Part shown: positions 46,118 through 59,667 of the stretch, piece by piece | Layout: every line of letters begins with the position of its first letter | Numbering within the stretch: position 1 is the stretch's first letter | Assembly: GCA_951406725.2 (NCBI GenBank) | Contig: OX597840.1 | Coordinates: 3,472,001-3,536,000 of the forward strand | DNA from: Octopus vulgaris | Taxonomy: Eukaryota | Direction: 5' to 3' | Length of the DNA: 64,000 nt | Position numbers and translations under genes: made by a program | The notes under the pieces: model-generated | The model's database searches: none | What the model was told of the DNA's origin: nothing | What the model saw: only the letters and a program-made list of their open reading frames with translations

Positions 46118-46178
46118 GTACGTATGTATGTATGTATGTATGTATGTATGTATGTATAAATATACGTATATGTGTATA

Positions 46179-46217
<39 letters not shown>

Positions 46218-46218
<1 letters not shown>

Positions 46219-46380
46219 TCGCTAGCCACTACACATTCTTTATTTTCTCTCCTTGTTTCTTTCTGTGAAAGAGCGTAGGCTCAAAACGTTAAAGACTTTT
46301 TCACTTCCCCAGCGTTGCCCTAATACATATGTCTGATTTCTATACCACCTATCTTCGTCTTTTGTTTTTATGTGAGTTCT

Positions 46381-46383
<3 letters not shown>
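46218..46383 (+). mobile_element. Family P fragment, hammerhead-like motif at 46259-46294
   Basis: cttt-CTGTGAA-A-GAGCgtagGCTC-AAAA-CG-TT-aaag; ends TTCTCCC-(TA)n. Confidence 0.7.
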
Positions 46384-46445
<62 letters not shown>

Positions 46446-46754
46446 TGAGGGCCTAAATATTGATTCCTACCATTGATGTAGTGTAAGGATATGTAGATGT
46501 GTGTAAAAATTCACTATATATCATACAAGCATATACCATATACAAATATACACAATATACACAACGGTATGGATGATGATATGCGTAGATAAATACAGTG
46601 TGTAGAGGTTGAGTGTTAGGATAAAAACACCGTTTCGACTGTGATTTAACAGAGGTGTATGTATGGATGTGGGTGTCGGTGGGGGCCGGTAAATATTCTT
46701 GGAGAAACAGAAGGATATCATCAATAACAAGCTTTCTAGACATGTATATATAAT

Positions 46755-47174
46755 CATCATCATCATCATCATCATCATCCTCCTCATCATCATCATCATC
46801 ATCGTCATCATCATTATCATCATCATTATCATCACCTTCATCATCAACACTATTATCATCATTATCAGGAGCAGCAGCAGATGAGCGTAGGTAACACTAC
46901 TACAGGAAGCAGCAGCGGTAGTGTCAGCATCACCACCTGTACCACCACCATAACCATCATCATCATCATCAGTATTATTGCTTGACCATCGTCACTTTCC
47001 TTCATTGATTATGTCAGCGTTTCGTTTGTCATCAATACACGGACAGGAACGAGTTTGTGATTCACCATCGCCATCATCGTCATCATCATCATCATCATCA
47101 TCGTCGAGTTTTGTCCTCATCGTCGACATTGTCCTCGTCGGTCGTCGTCTTCATCATCACCATCATCGTTGCCG

Positions 47175-47211
<37 letters not shown>

Positions 47212-47366
47212 TATCATCATCATCATCATCATTATCATCACCATCATCATCATCAACAAGAACTGTAGCAACATGATCATGTGGTTCACCCCACACAATC
47301 ACCACCACCACCACAATCATCTCCACCATCATCATCACCAACAGCAGCAGCCCCTGCATCATCATT

Positions 47367-47447
<81 letters not shown>

Positions 47448-47560
47448 TTCATTATATAATATTCATTAATAACGCCATTATTCTTACCATTATCTTCATC
47501 ACCACCACTTCCATCATCATCATAATCGTCATCACAAACATCATCATCATCATCATCTTT

Positions 47561-47597
<37 letters not shown>

Positions 47598-47602
47598 CCA
47601 TC

Positions 47603-47663
<61 letters not shown>

Positions 47664-47686
47664 CCATCATCACCATCATCACCATC

Positions 47687-47741
<55 letters not shown>

Positions 47742-47784
47742 CCACCATCACCACCACCATCATCATCATCATCATCATCACCAC

Positions 47785-47848
<64 letters not shown>

Positions 47849-47870
47849 GTCACCGTCATCACTGTCCTTC
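46755..47870. repeat. Long imperfect (CAT/CAC)n tract
   Basis: Tandem trinucleotides with short complex interruptions. Confidence 0.95.
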
Positions 47871-48406
47871 GCATCAGCACCGTTGTTGTCACCAGTAGAC
47901 CGACACACAGAGACACAGACGTACTGACGCACAGACTCGCCGACGAACAGACAGACAACGTTGGTGTTACATCGGCAAATTCTCTTTGATGTTGAAGCGA
48001 CCTTGTCCTTTCTCTGACACCACAGATTGTCAGATATATATACTTAATCAAAACTGTCCAGGCATTGATCAATGAGGGACACACAGACACACGGACACAC
48101 ATGTACAGACGAACCTATGTCCATATACATATGTAGGTATATGCATTTATATATACGTAGTTACATACATAGGAAGTAGCTTATATAAACGTATATACAC
48201 ACGTAGATGTGTGTGTGTATGTGTGTGTATGTGTGTGTGTGTGTGTGTGTGTAATGAAATATAAACATATATTTATATGCATACATAGTAACACACACAT
48301 ACATATATCTATCTATACATATATTTATATACGTACACAATTACTAACATAGAATGATGCATACATGCACACACGTACACACTCAAACTTGTATATCTAT
48401 GTATTC

Positions 48407-48437
<31 letters not shown>

Positions 48438-48478
48438 TATATAAATAAATATATATATATATGCTTAAATACATATAA

Positions 48479-48533
<55 letters not shown>

Positions 48534-48593
48534 CAATACATATAAATTTATATATATATATATATATATATATTTTAAATAAATATATATATA

Positions 48594-48625
<32 letters not shown>

Positions 48626-48873
48626 CATATACACACATATAAATATGTACACAGACACACGCACACACATATATATATATGCATAGGGAGAGAGTTATAG
48701 TCAGAGAGAGAAAAAGAGAGGGGACAGAGATAATACACATTCTCGTACACGTACACACACATATGTATATGTGTGTGTTTGTGTGTGTATATATATATAA
48801 TATGCAAAGGTGCATAGATAATGTGAGAGGGAGAGATAAAAAGATAAATAGTAAGATAGATACGTAGACAAAT

Positions 48874-48991
<118 letters not shown>

Positions 48992-49505
48992 GTGAACCCA
49001 CTACATGAAAACTGAAGTTTCACTATACGTGGTTACGAATCTCTAACGTTGTATGCACATAAGTCAAACGTTTATAAAAAAATACGTAACACATACCAAA
49101 TGTTCTGAGGGCCAGTTTCTATTGTTTTTTATTCTCACGTGTGTTCCTCCGAATATAAGCAAAAAAAAAAATGTCTGGAAAACGCACTATATAAGAGAAT
49201 ACCTTTGATACGAGTCTCATAGAGTGCCTCTCTAATGTATAAAACCGTAAACATTATATATATCTTCTCTTCGAATGTTTGCGTAAACGGACGTTGCAAG
49301 CAGTGTTGGTGCAGAAACAATTGCAACGAATGATTACAGAAGTGTTAGAGGATTTCTTTGTCTTCTTATCATTTGGATTGTGTCCGTCTGTCTCATCGTT
49401 ATATATTTTATCTTATATTTAATCTTTCTATAATATGTAATTTTCTAGATGATATAATTCAATCTTTCATTATTGAATTGATAAAAGGTGGGGGATTTTT
49501 TTCTA

Positions 49506-49535
<30 letters not shown>

Positions 49536-49541
<6 letters not shown>

Positions 49542-49691
49542 GTAAAAAGTGAAAAAACTACAGAAGGCTTGTTTTAGAAGGTTAATATATATTTGAGTCA
49601 ATATGTCTGAAGAATGTTATAATGACTCAAATATATATTTTTTAACCTTCTAAAACAAGCCATCTGTAGTGTTTTCACTTTTTACTATTTT
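49536..49691. repeat. Foldback inverted repeat, ~65-bp arms, 22-nt loop
   Basis: 49536-49600 vs 49623-49691; loop contains CTGAAGA. Confidence 0.92.
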
Positions 49692-49751
49692 CTATATATT
49701 CAACCACGTGCTTTCACATACCAACTTTCTCACCTATATATACATATATAC

Positions 49752-49848
<97 letters not shown>

Positions 49849-50134
49849 TATATATAATATCGTACCTAGAGATATTTAGAAGTGTGAATGTTTTTAACTC
49901 TATGTGAAGAGAAAAAAAGGTTGGAAACGAAGTTTCGTATTCTGCCCGAAACATCAAAAGATATGAGGTACCTGTTCCTTCTCCTTACCATGTCAAATAT
50001 GTAGTTTACAGCTATTTATCGTCACTACTTAGAACAGTGCTATTATACAAACGGTTTTGTCTGATTTGCATAATTGTGCTATTCTTGGCAGTGTACATAA
50101 TTACTTAAATATAGCAATACATGAAGTAACATAT

Positions 50135-50272
50135 AGGAATGTCTCTGTGGTAAGAAGCTAACTTCCTAAACACTCAGTTCCGGGTTCACTCTCACTGCGT
50201 GGTACCTTGGGCAAGTGTCTTCGACTATAGCCTTGAGCCAACGACAGTTTTGTGAGTGGATTTGGTAGACGG
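50135..50272 (+). mobile_element. SINE family B, 5' part
   Basis: CACTGCGTGGTACCTTGGGCAAGTGTCTT...GAGTGGATTTGGTAGACGG. Confidence 0.8.
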
Positions 50273-50274
50273 GA

Positions 50275-50714
50275 AGAAAGGCAAGTTCAACCTCGGTGGA
50301 ATTTGAGCTCAGAACGGAAACACAGACAAAATACCTATTTCTTTACTACCCACAAGGGGCTAAACATAGATGGGACAAACAAGGACAGACACTGGTACTT
50401 ATTTAATCGACCCCGAAAGGATGAAAGGCAAAGTCGACCTCGGCGGAATTTGAACTCAAAACGTAACTGCAGACGAAATATCTATTTCTTTATTACTCAC
50501 AAGGGGCTAAACACAGAGAAGACAAACAAGAACAGACATAGGTATTAAGTCGATTACATCGACCCCAGTGTGTAACTGGTACTTATTTAATCGACCCCGA
50601 AAGGATGAAAGGCAAAGTCGACCTCGGCGGAATTTGAATTCAAAACGTAACTGTAGTCGAAATACCGCTAAGCATTTAGCCCGGCGTGCTAACGTTTCTG
50701 CCATCTCGCCGCCT
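50275..50714 (-). mobile_element. SINE family A: head plus three units, last truncated
   Basis: Junctions at 50334/5 and 50481/2; head ends CTCGCCGCCT. Confidence 0.88.
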
Positions 50715-51125
50715 GGCATATATAAAAAATACTATCACGCCTTAATATTTTCGCATACACACACACATCCATTTATGCGCATACTCACCTCTATATATGC
50801 ACATACGTATCCACAAACACATACCTCTATATAAGGATATACATTTAATGTATAGATGTGCTTTAATCCATGTTACTTCATATATTGTTATATTTAAGTA
50901 ATTAAGTACACTGCCAAGAATAGCACAATTATGCAAATCAGACATGTCCCTTTACACACCTGATAAATCCTACGAACTATAAATAACAATTCGTTGCAAG
51001 AAACAACGTATTATTTTTTAATCTTTGTCTGAGAATTCGCTGTTCTTTACATGTCTAAATTTATTATGAATTTCGTTTTGGGATTTGGTTTGCAAGATTC
51101 TTTATACGTGTTCGTGTGTTGAAAC

Positions 51126-51322
51126 ATATTCTGTTGTGTCTGGGGAAAGTCATTTTCTTTTTGTGCCTTATAATGTAACACACTCACCGGTAAAATTTCC
51201 ACTTTTTTTCTTATTTTTATTTTCCTAAAATTTTCGTTGCGTGTTGCAAACTTTTCAATAGTCTTGAGAGAGTTAAGCCACAAAAAAGAAAATGACTCTC
51301 CCCAGACACAACATATGAATAT
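51126..51322. repeat. ~40-bp inverted repeat, MITE- or Penelope-like
   Basis: TGTTGTGTCTGGGGAAAGTCATTTTCTTTTTGTG vs CACAAAAAAGAAAATGACTCTCCCCAGACACAACA. Confidence 0.8.
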
Positions 51323-51350
51323 ATTATATCTACAATATCATTACTATTAT

Positions 51351-51772
51351 CAGTGCTGGATTAACCATTAAGCAAAATATACATGTGCTTAGGGCAACAA
51401 GGGTTAGGGGGCACCACAAAAATGATAAACGGTTTATGATACAAACGAAATCACTTTAAACTTACTAAAATAACATTCGGGATGCCTTTATCTCTACAAA
51501 GTATAAAAGCAGCCATTTTACATGAGATTAATTTTGAGAATATGATCAAAGATTTTGCAATTAATAAAGATCAGAGGAAACTTTTCAAATATAAATAAAG
51601 TGGAAGTATATAAAAATAAACATTATTTGTCATGCTACCGTTAGTTTCGTTTCATTTTGAAAAATAAAAATTTATTCTATGTTTTATTATTGCTTACATT
51701 ACGAATTATATATAGAGACTCCCAAAATCTTTTGAGTGCTTAAGCGCCTCTGTGGGTCTTAATCCGGCCCTC
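51351..51772 (+). mobile_element. hAT transposon deletion derivative
   Basis: TIRs CAGTGCTGGATTAA / TTAATCCGGCCCTC; 8-bp TSD ACTATTAT/GCTATTAT; LSLQSIKAAILHEINFENMIKDFAINKDQRKLF* resembles the hAT C-terminal dimerisation domain end. Confidence 0.82.
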
Positions 51773-51807
51773 GCTATTATTAACATTAATATATATATTC
51801 ATAAATA

Positions 51808-52255
51808 TGGCAGTGGGTCGGCAAAATTGTTAGCACTCCGAGATAAAACGCTTAGCGGCATTTCATCCATCTTAACGTTCTGAGTTCAAATTACTCCGAG
51901 GTCGACTTAGCCGTTCATCTATTTCGAGGTCGATTAAGTAGATACCATTAGAGTACTGGGGGTCAAAACTATCAACTAGCCCCTTTCCACAAAATTTTTG
52001 GCCTTCTGCCAATGGTAGAAACGAATATTTATATTCATAAACAAGGTGGAGAATTGGTTGAATCGTTAGCATACCAGGCAAAACACTTATCGATATTTAA
52101 CACCCATCTTTATCTTCTGAATTGAATCTTCCGCCCAGGTAGACATTGCCTGTCATCCTTTTGGGGTCGATAAAATAATATCAGCTGAGCGCTGCGGTCA
52201 ATGTAATCACCTTACTTTCTAAACCCCCGAAATTACTGTTCTTGGGCAGAAATTA
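51808..52255 (+). mobile_element. Two old SINE family A copies
   Basis: CGTTCTGAGTTCAAATT..GAGGTCGACTTAGCC and TCATCCTTTTGGGGTCGATAAAATAA. Confidence 0.7.
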
Positions 52256-52394
52256 TATTATGTATTTCCTACACTGTATTGAAACGGGTGTAACATGGAA
52301 TTAAAATTGTACCAACTTTTGAGTCTCAGCTTTGAGGTATGAATTTATGCACACGCATACAGACACAGGAACCTATATATCTAATATATAAAAT

Positions 52395-52808
52395 AGAGTG
52401 TAGTAGTGGCTGTCTGGTAAGTAGCTTGCTTACGAACCACATGGTTCCGTGTTCAGTCCCACTGCGTGGTACCTTGGGCAAATGTCTTCTACTATAGCCT
52501 CTGGCCGACCAAAGCCTTGTGAGTGTATTTCGTAGGCGTAAACTGAAAGAAGCCCGTCGTATATATGTATATATGTATGTGTGTGTGTTTGTGTCTCTGT
52601 GTTTGTTTCCCCCAACATCGCTTGACAACCGATGCTGGTGTGTTTACGTCCCCGTAAATTAGCGGTTCGGCCCAAAAGACCGATAGAATAAGTACTAAGC
52701 TTACAAAGAATAAGTCCTAGGGTCGATTTGCTCGACTAAAGGCGGGGATCCAGCATGGCCACAGTCAAATGACTGAAACAAGTAACAGAGTAAAAGAGTA
52801 AAAGAGTA
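52395..52808 (+). mobile_element. SINE family B, full length, (GAGTAAAA)n tail
   Basis: Colinear with 7011-7410. Confidence 0.9.
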
Positions 52809-53233
52809 GAGATTTGTGTGCATTCGCTTTTCACGCGAAAACGGCTTCATAAAATGCTTCCATAATTTGACCTCGGGCATATGTTAGGCTCTTCATTTGA
52901 TTTTTTAATTAAAAATAAAGAATATTGCTTTATATTTATGATTCACTTCTTTAAAAACGCTTCTCAATGTCGACTTCCGGTATTGACGTAAAAAACGGCG
53001 AAGTCTCTCAATCGCCATTTTAATATTCGCTGTTTGTAAACAACAACGATAAATTAGTAAAAGAAATATTTACCATGTTCTCAAATTTAAATATTCGGTA
53101 CAAGGTAGTTTTTCACGTGCTTTCATTTATACAATCTTTTCATTCCATGTTTATCTTGTTCGTTGTTTGCAATCCTCTCTCTCTCTCTCTCTCTCTCCCT
53201 CCCTCTCTCTCTCTCTCTCTCCCTCACCCCCCC

Positions 53234-53264
<31 letters not shown>

Positions 53265-53611
53265 TCCAGGTTTGATATCGTTCTGAACTCGCACATTTCG
53301 TTAATTTCCGTAAAAATATCATTATCTATTTTCTTTTTGTACGCCGTGTTCAGCTCTGTGTATTCGTAGTCAGCCACACACGCACGCGTGTATTTTTGTA
53401 TGTACGTTTGTATACATTTATGTATGCGAGTGAATGGGATGTTTTCTCATGTATACGTACATACATAAATACATATCCATACATCTATTTCGTATGTATG
53501 TATGCGCGTGTGTGAGAGAGTGTGTGATATCTAATTGGCATTCACTCTCTCTCACACACACATACATACATACAAGAAGGATGTATGCCTATTTATTTAT
53601 ATACGTATACA

Positions 53612-53803
53612 TGGGTTGCGGATCCGTGGAATAAGCTGCCGGACGAGATAGTGAAGATGCCGACGACCGCTCGGTTCAAAGTCTCTCTTGACCAGAAATG
53701 GCCTGAACTCTGTGCATGAACACCCTCCCTGTACATAACTCCATGTCCCCCTACATGGCCTTGCTTTTTTGCTTTTTGAGCCAAAAATTAACTTAACTTA
53801 ACT
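53612..53803 (+). mobile_element. CR1-like LINE 3' end
   Basis: VADPWNKLPDEIVKMPTTARFKVSLDQKWPELCA* (stop 53717-53719), short UTR, (TTAAC)n tail. Confidence 0.8.
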
Positions 53804-53909
53804 CACACACACACACACACGTCCATTTCATCTGATGTTTGATACTGTATATGTATATGTTTGTGTGTGTGTATTTGTGTTTCCGTGTATGCGTGCATGC
53901 GTGCAGCGT

Positions 53910-55133
53910 TCCACAATTGTCAGAAAAAGCAGAGGAATTGTCTTTCTTGATGCTCCTGGTGGCAGAGGTAAAACATTTGTAACAACATTGCTTCTCTTCA
54001 AGGTAAGGCAACAAAACAGAATTGCACTTGCTGTATCATTGTTAGTCTTTGCTGCCACCATTCTCTCAGGAGGACGAACAGCTCATTCTGCTTTTAAATT
54101 ACCACTAAACCTGGTCACAAGAGACAGTCCAATTTGTAACATAAACAAAGGTTCAGGTTCAGCAGATGTGTTGCGCCAATGCCACCTTATCATTTGGGTT
54201 GAATGCCCCTTGTCACAATGGAACATCTTGGTAAGACCTTACAGGACATCAGAGGCAACAATAAATCTATGGGAGGAGTTACATTAGTTTTATCAGGAGA
54301 CTTCAGACAGACATTACCAGTCATTCTGAGACGAACAAGATCTGATGAAATAAAAGCATGCACTAAGTTTTCACACCTATGGAATAAAGTATGGAAATTC
54401 TCCTTCAATACTAACGAGCCAGCTTTATTACATGGAGACCAATGTGCAAAACAGTTTTCAACCTGGCTCCTCCAATTAGGAAATGAAAAAGTACCATTTG
54501 ATGGGAATGGTGATATCAGTTTGGCTCATATTGCTATCATGGTGAATTCCCCAGCAGAATTCAAGAACAGGATATTGCCAGACTTAAGTAATTATTATAA
54601 TTTACATAAATGGTTGCTCAAAAAACAAGTCAGTAGCAAGTATTAACCATGAATTAATGAATAAGATTCCAACAGCCAGTAAGGAGTACATATCAGTTGA
54701 TTCAGTCTTTGATGAAAATTTTCTTGAATCACCTGGAATTCCTCCACATAAACTTTTTTCTGGAGGTAGGAGTCCCAATAATGCTTCTAAGAAATTTAGA
54801 TCCTCCTAAATTATGCAATGGGACAAGGGTGATTGTGAAGACATTATCACCTAATGTGACAAAAGCTACCATCATCACTGGATGTGCCTCTGGGAAAGAG
54901 GTTTTCATTTAAAGAATTTTCCAAGCAAATCAACAGACATGCCATTTGAGATACGATTCCCAGTGCAACTTTGCTTTGCAATGACTATTAATAAAGCCCA
55001 AGGTCAGTCTTTGAAATTTAGTGCCTTGCTTTTCTCATGGTCAAATTTATGATGGTTGCTCCAGGGTTGGTAGTTTACAAGACTTATTCGTTTATGCTCC
55101 AAACGAGAAAACAAAGAATGTAGTTTACCCAGA

Positions 55134-55136
<3 letters not shown>
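53910..55136 (+). pseudogene. Helitron RepHel C-terminal PIF1-family helicase, multiply frameshifted
   Basis: FLDAPGGRGKTF (Walker A), GGRTAHSAFKLP, LIIWVECP (DE lost), GDFRQTLPV, MLLRNLDPPKLCNGTR, FAMTINKAQGQSL, FSHGQIY..CSRV, TKNVVYPE. Confidence 0.93.
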
Positions 55137-55207
<71 letters not shown>

Positions 55208-55384
55208 CATTATTATTATTATTATTATTATTATCATTATTATTTTGCGTTGTGAATTCAGAATTGATTCCACAAATAGGGAATAAATTTTATCCCACTT
55301 GAAGAATGGATTCAATTTAGAATAACAAATTTCTCTACAACATATTTTGCTTTTTTCTTCCAATATATAAGAAAAAATTTCATT

Positions 55385-55412
55385 CCAGGGCAACGCCGGC
55401 TGCTTCTGCTAA
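55385..55412 (+). mobile_element. Helitron 3' terminus of the helicase-bearing element
   Basis: CCAGGGCAACGCCGG hairpin then CTAA (CTRR), same motif as the ends at 36684 and 60066. Confidence 0.75.
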
Positions 55413-55423
55413 CGTATGCATAT

Positions 55424-55498
<75 letters not shown>

Positions 55499-55639
55499 TA
55501 TACACGTAGCATACACACGTATGGGTATATACACATCTATACACACATACACACAAACAGGCATACAGAAATGCATATGCATACGTGTATTCATTATTGC
55601 TTATAGCGCAAGCTTCAATATAACCATCATCACCTTTAT

Positions 55640-55693
55640 ATAATTATCTTCTTCATCATCATCATCATCATCATCGTCGTCATCATCATTGTC

Positions 55694-55786
<93 letters not shown>

Positions 55787-55810
55787 GTCTTCAACATCAT
55801 CATCGTCATT

Positions 55811-55852
<42 letters not shown>

Positions 55853-55967
55853 TTCATCATCATCATCATCATCATCATTATCTTCATCATCATCATCATT
55901 ATCATCATCATTGTCATCACCATCATCGTCTTCAGCATCAACGTCGTCGTCGTCATCATCATCATCG

Positions 55968-56016
<49 letters not shown>

Positions 56017-56811
56017 TATCCTCAACATCGCCATCATCAAATTCATTACGATTATCAGCAGCTCACGTAACCATCATCACCACCACCACCACTATTATCA
56101 TCATCATCAGCATCACCATCATGATCAGCAATTCCACCACCACCAACAACAACAACAATAGCCAGAATACTAACAGCAGCAGCAACATCAACAACAACAA
56201 CAACAACAACAGCAACAGTAACGGAGTAATTATCATTTATCGCCAGAAATCGCGTTCTCTCTACTCAACCTTGTGTAGTGGGCCGATTGTTCTGCCACCT
56301 AGCGGTATCAATCAACCATTCACTGACAAGCATTTCTATAGAAATGTATGGAAGATCATGAGCCGGATGGTAGAGGGGGTGTGGGGCTGGTAAGTGGGGT
56401 GGTCTTTGTGGCCGTGGCGGCGACGGCGGCGGCGGCGGTGGTTGTTGAGAAAGTGTCAGCGTTGTGAGGTGGGGTAGGACGAAGAGTAGAAGGTGCAGAA
56501 TGTTACTCTGATGTAACATTGGAGTTAGCAGTGGTGGTAGTAGTGGTGGTGGTGGTAGTAGTGGTGGTGGTGGTAGTAGTGGTGTTAATGGTGACTGTTG
56601 TGGCGATGGTGTTAGTGAGGATGGTGGTTGTGATGAGGATGGTGGTGGTAAGGATGGTGGTGATGATGATGATGGTGGTGGTGGTGGTGGTGGTGGTGGT
56701 GGTGGTGGTGGTGGTGATGGTGGTGGTAGTGGTCCTAGTGAATGCAGTGGTACGTTATTCCTGCTGTGATGGCGGTGACGATAGTGTTGTTTGAGGCGTG
56801 ACATAAGTGGC

Positions 56812-56866
<55 letters not shown>

Positions 56867-57220
56867 ATGGTAGTGGTGGTGCTAGCAGTGGTGATAGCAC
56901 TGGTGGTAGTGATAGTGCTGATACTGGTGGTGGAGGTGGAGGTTATGGTGGTGGTGGTGGTGGTGGTGGTGGTGGTGGTGGTGATGGCGATGGTTGTTGT
57001 TGTGGCTGTGTTACTAGTAATACTTATATTGGCAGTGTCTGTAGTAGCTGTAGTGGTATGGGAGTCAGTTGTAGTGTCGTTGGCGGCGGCGGAATTTGTT
57101 GCGGTGGCTCAGATGGCGGTGTGTTTGTAGTAGTATTGAATATGACAATCATAATAAGACACCCGTGAGGATGGTATGGGGGATGATGGTGGTGGTGGTG
57201 GTGGTGGTGGTGGTGGTGGA
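55640..57220. repeat. (CAT)n/(CAA)n tracts followed by (GGT)n/(AGT)n tracts
   Basis: Trinucleotide repeats of opposite polarity around a complex island at ~56220-56520. Confidence 0.9.
56292..56306. promoter_or_regulatory. Candidate CTCF-binding site
   Basis: CTGCCACCTAGCGGT matches the CTCF core YGCCMYCTAGYGG; motif match only. Confidence 0.4.
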
Positions 57221-57465
57221 TTTGGTTGTAGCGGTGTTGGCGATATCTATATATGGTAATTTAATTACTTAAATCTGTTCTTCAAATATTAAAATATTAA
57301 TCCTTAACAAATTACAATATATATATGCATCTTAACACACATACACACAGATGGCATACGTACATACATACATACATACATGCATACATACATACAGACA
57401 GACAGACAGACATACATACATGCATACATACATACAGACAGACAGACATACATACATGCATACAT

Positions 57466-57496
<31 letters not shown>

Positions 57497-57757
57497 TACA
57501 TACATACATACATACATACACACATACATACATACATACACACATACATACATACATACATACATACATACACACATACATACATACATACATACATATA
57601 TACATGCATACATACATACATACATACATACACACATACATACATACATACATACATACATACATACAGACAGACAAACAGACAGACAGACAGATAGATA
57701 GATAGACAGACAGACAGACGGACAGATGGATGGACAGACAGACAGCTAGATAAATAC

Positions 57758-57831
<74 letters not shown>

Positions 57832-57871
57832 GTAGACGGACGGATGGATCGATCGATAGGTAGGTACATAT

Positions 57872-58054
57872 GTTTCGTTATTGTCCACACATGGCTGAAC
57901 ACAAATACAAAGGGACACAAATACAGGGGACAAAATACGAAGTAGAGCTTTTTGGGGGAGGAAAGAGAATGAAAAAAGAAGAAAAGGAAAAGGTGGTACA
58001 AATTCGATCAAAAGGGATCGTTAAAAAGGGTGATCAATAGGGATCGTGTATCAC

Positions 58055-58129
<75 letters not shown>

Positions 58130-58278
58130 AAGTTAGATACATACAGACATACGTAGATAAGTTTCTTTATTGGCCACACAGGGCTACACGCAGAAGGGAC
58201 AAGTTACAAGGTAGAGCTTTTCTTTTGGGGGAGAAAAAAAGAAAAAAAAAGGTTTTCGATCAAAAGGGATCGTAAAAG
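57872..58278 (-). mobile_element. Two related retroposon 3'-end-like segments among (GATA)n tracts
   Basis: 57872-58056 and 58161-58278 share GTAGAGCTTTT..GGGGGAG..TTCGATCAAAAGGGATCGT; minus-strand end TAGCCCTGTGTGGCCAATAAAGAAAC. Confidence 0.55.
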
Positions 58279-58421
58279 GGAAAAAAAAGGAAAAGAAAAA
58301 AGAAAAGAAAAAAAGAAAAAAGGAAAAGAAAAAAGAAAAGAAAAAAAGGAAAAGAAAAAAGAAAAGAAAAGAAAAAGGGAAAAAAGAAAAGAAAAATGAA
58401 AAAAGAAGAAAAAAGAGGACG

Positions 58422-58504
<83 letters not shown>

Positions 58505-58868
58505 TCACGCTTCTGTACGTGTTAGATAAAAGCTGGTTAAGCCAGTTTATTACTTAACCTTTCGTAATATGCGGCTTCAAACAGAATATGAATACTCGGA
58601 TCCCCGAGTAATAAAAATAAATAACTAATAACTAATCATGCCGTTAAGTACAAATTGTAAGTACTCTTCACTTCTGTTTGGACCATCCAGTGCATTCTAA
58701 GACAAAGCAGCTCAGTTCAAATCTCGAATATGGGTTAAAATATGTCAATCGTTAAGTTATTTGAGAAACTCTTAAACGTTATGAACATTTGGACCTGTAA
58801 TATTCTAAACTTTAACCAAAAGGACTTTATGTAAGAAGGATATGAAATAATTAAGTGATTTCAGCTCT

Positions 58869-59279
58869 CTCTTTTACTCTTTTACTTGTTTCAGTCATTT
58901 GACTGCGGCCATGCTGGAGCACCGCCTTTAATCGAGCAACTCGACCCCGGGACTTATTCTTTTGTAAGACCAGTACTTATTCTATCGGTCTCTTTTGCCG
59001 TACCTCTATGTTACGGGGACGTAAACACACCAGCATCGGTTGTCAGGCAATGCTAGAAGGACAAACACAGACACACAAACACACACATACATATATATAC
59101 CTATACATATATACGACGGGCTTCTTTCAGTTTCCGTCTACCAAATCCACTCACAAGGCTTTGGTCGGCCCGATGCTATAGTAGAAGATGCTTTGCCCAA
59201 GGTACCACGCAGTGGGACTGAACCCGGAACCATGTGCTTGGTAAACAAGCTACTTACCACACAGCCACTCCTGCGCCTT
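58869..59279 (-). mobile_element. SINE family B, full length, flanked by ~90-bp direct repeats
   Basis: Repeats 58778-58868 and 59280-59369 differ by one substitution and one 1-nt indel. Confidence 0.93.
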
Positions 59280-59667
59280 GTTATGAACATTTGGACCTGT
59301 AATATTCTAAAATTTAACCAAAAGGACTTTATGTAAGAGGATATGAAATAATTAAGTGATTTCAGCTCTGGAAGAAAATAATGTGTTTAGATATAAATTG
59401 ATGAGTAGAGCAAAATGGAAGACGCGTGGAATAGGTTTGAGAGTTCTTAATGGAAATGAGTAGAATCTATTCAATATAGTTAAGAGCACGTTAGTGTCAT
59501 GTGGTCAGTCGGAGATCGGAAGACAGATATTCGTTTCCATGATCAAATTTCATGAAAATCTGAGTATTTTCTTAACAAAAAATTCTAGATGTGTATGTAT
59601 GTATGTATGTATGTATGTATGTATGTATGTATGTATGTATGTATGTATGTATGTATGAATGTATGTA

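Larger units (their letters stand above)
50058..50944. repeat. 75-bp inverted repeat pair enclosing a SINE cluster
   Basis: 50058-50132 is the reverse complement of 50870-50944 with about 3 mismatches. Confidence 0.9.

Noticed and set aside
53835-55302. Functional host PIF1 gene
   Set aside because: Intronless, frameshifted, Walker B disrupted, and followed by a Helitron 3' terminus.
58554-58738. piggyBac-like MITE between TTAA sites
   Set aside because: Terminal match limited to about TTAACC; too weak.
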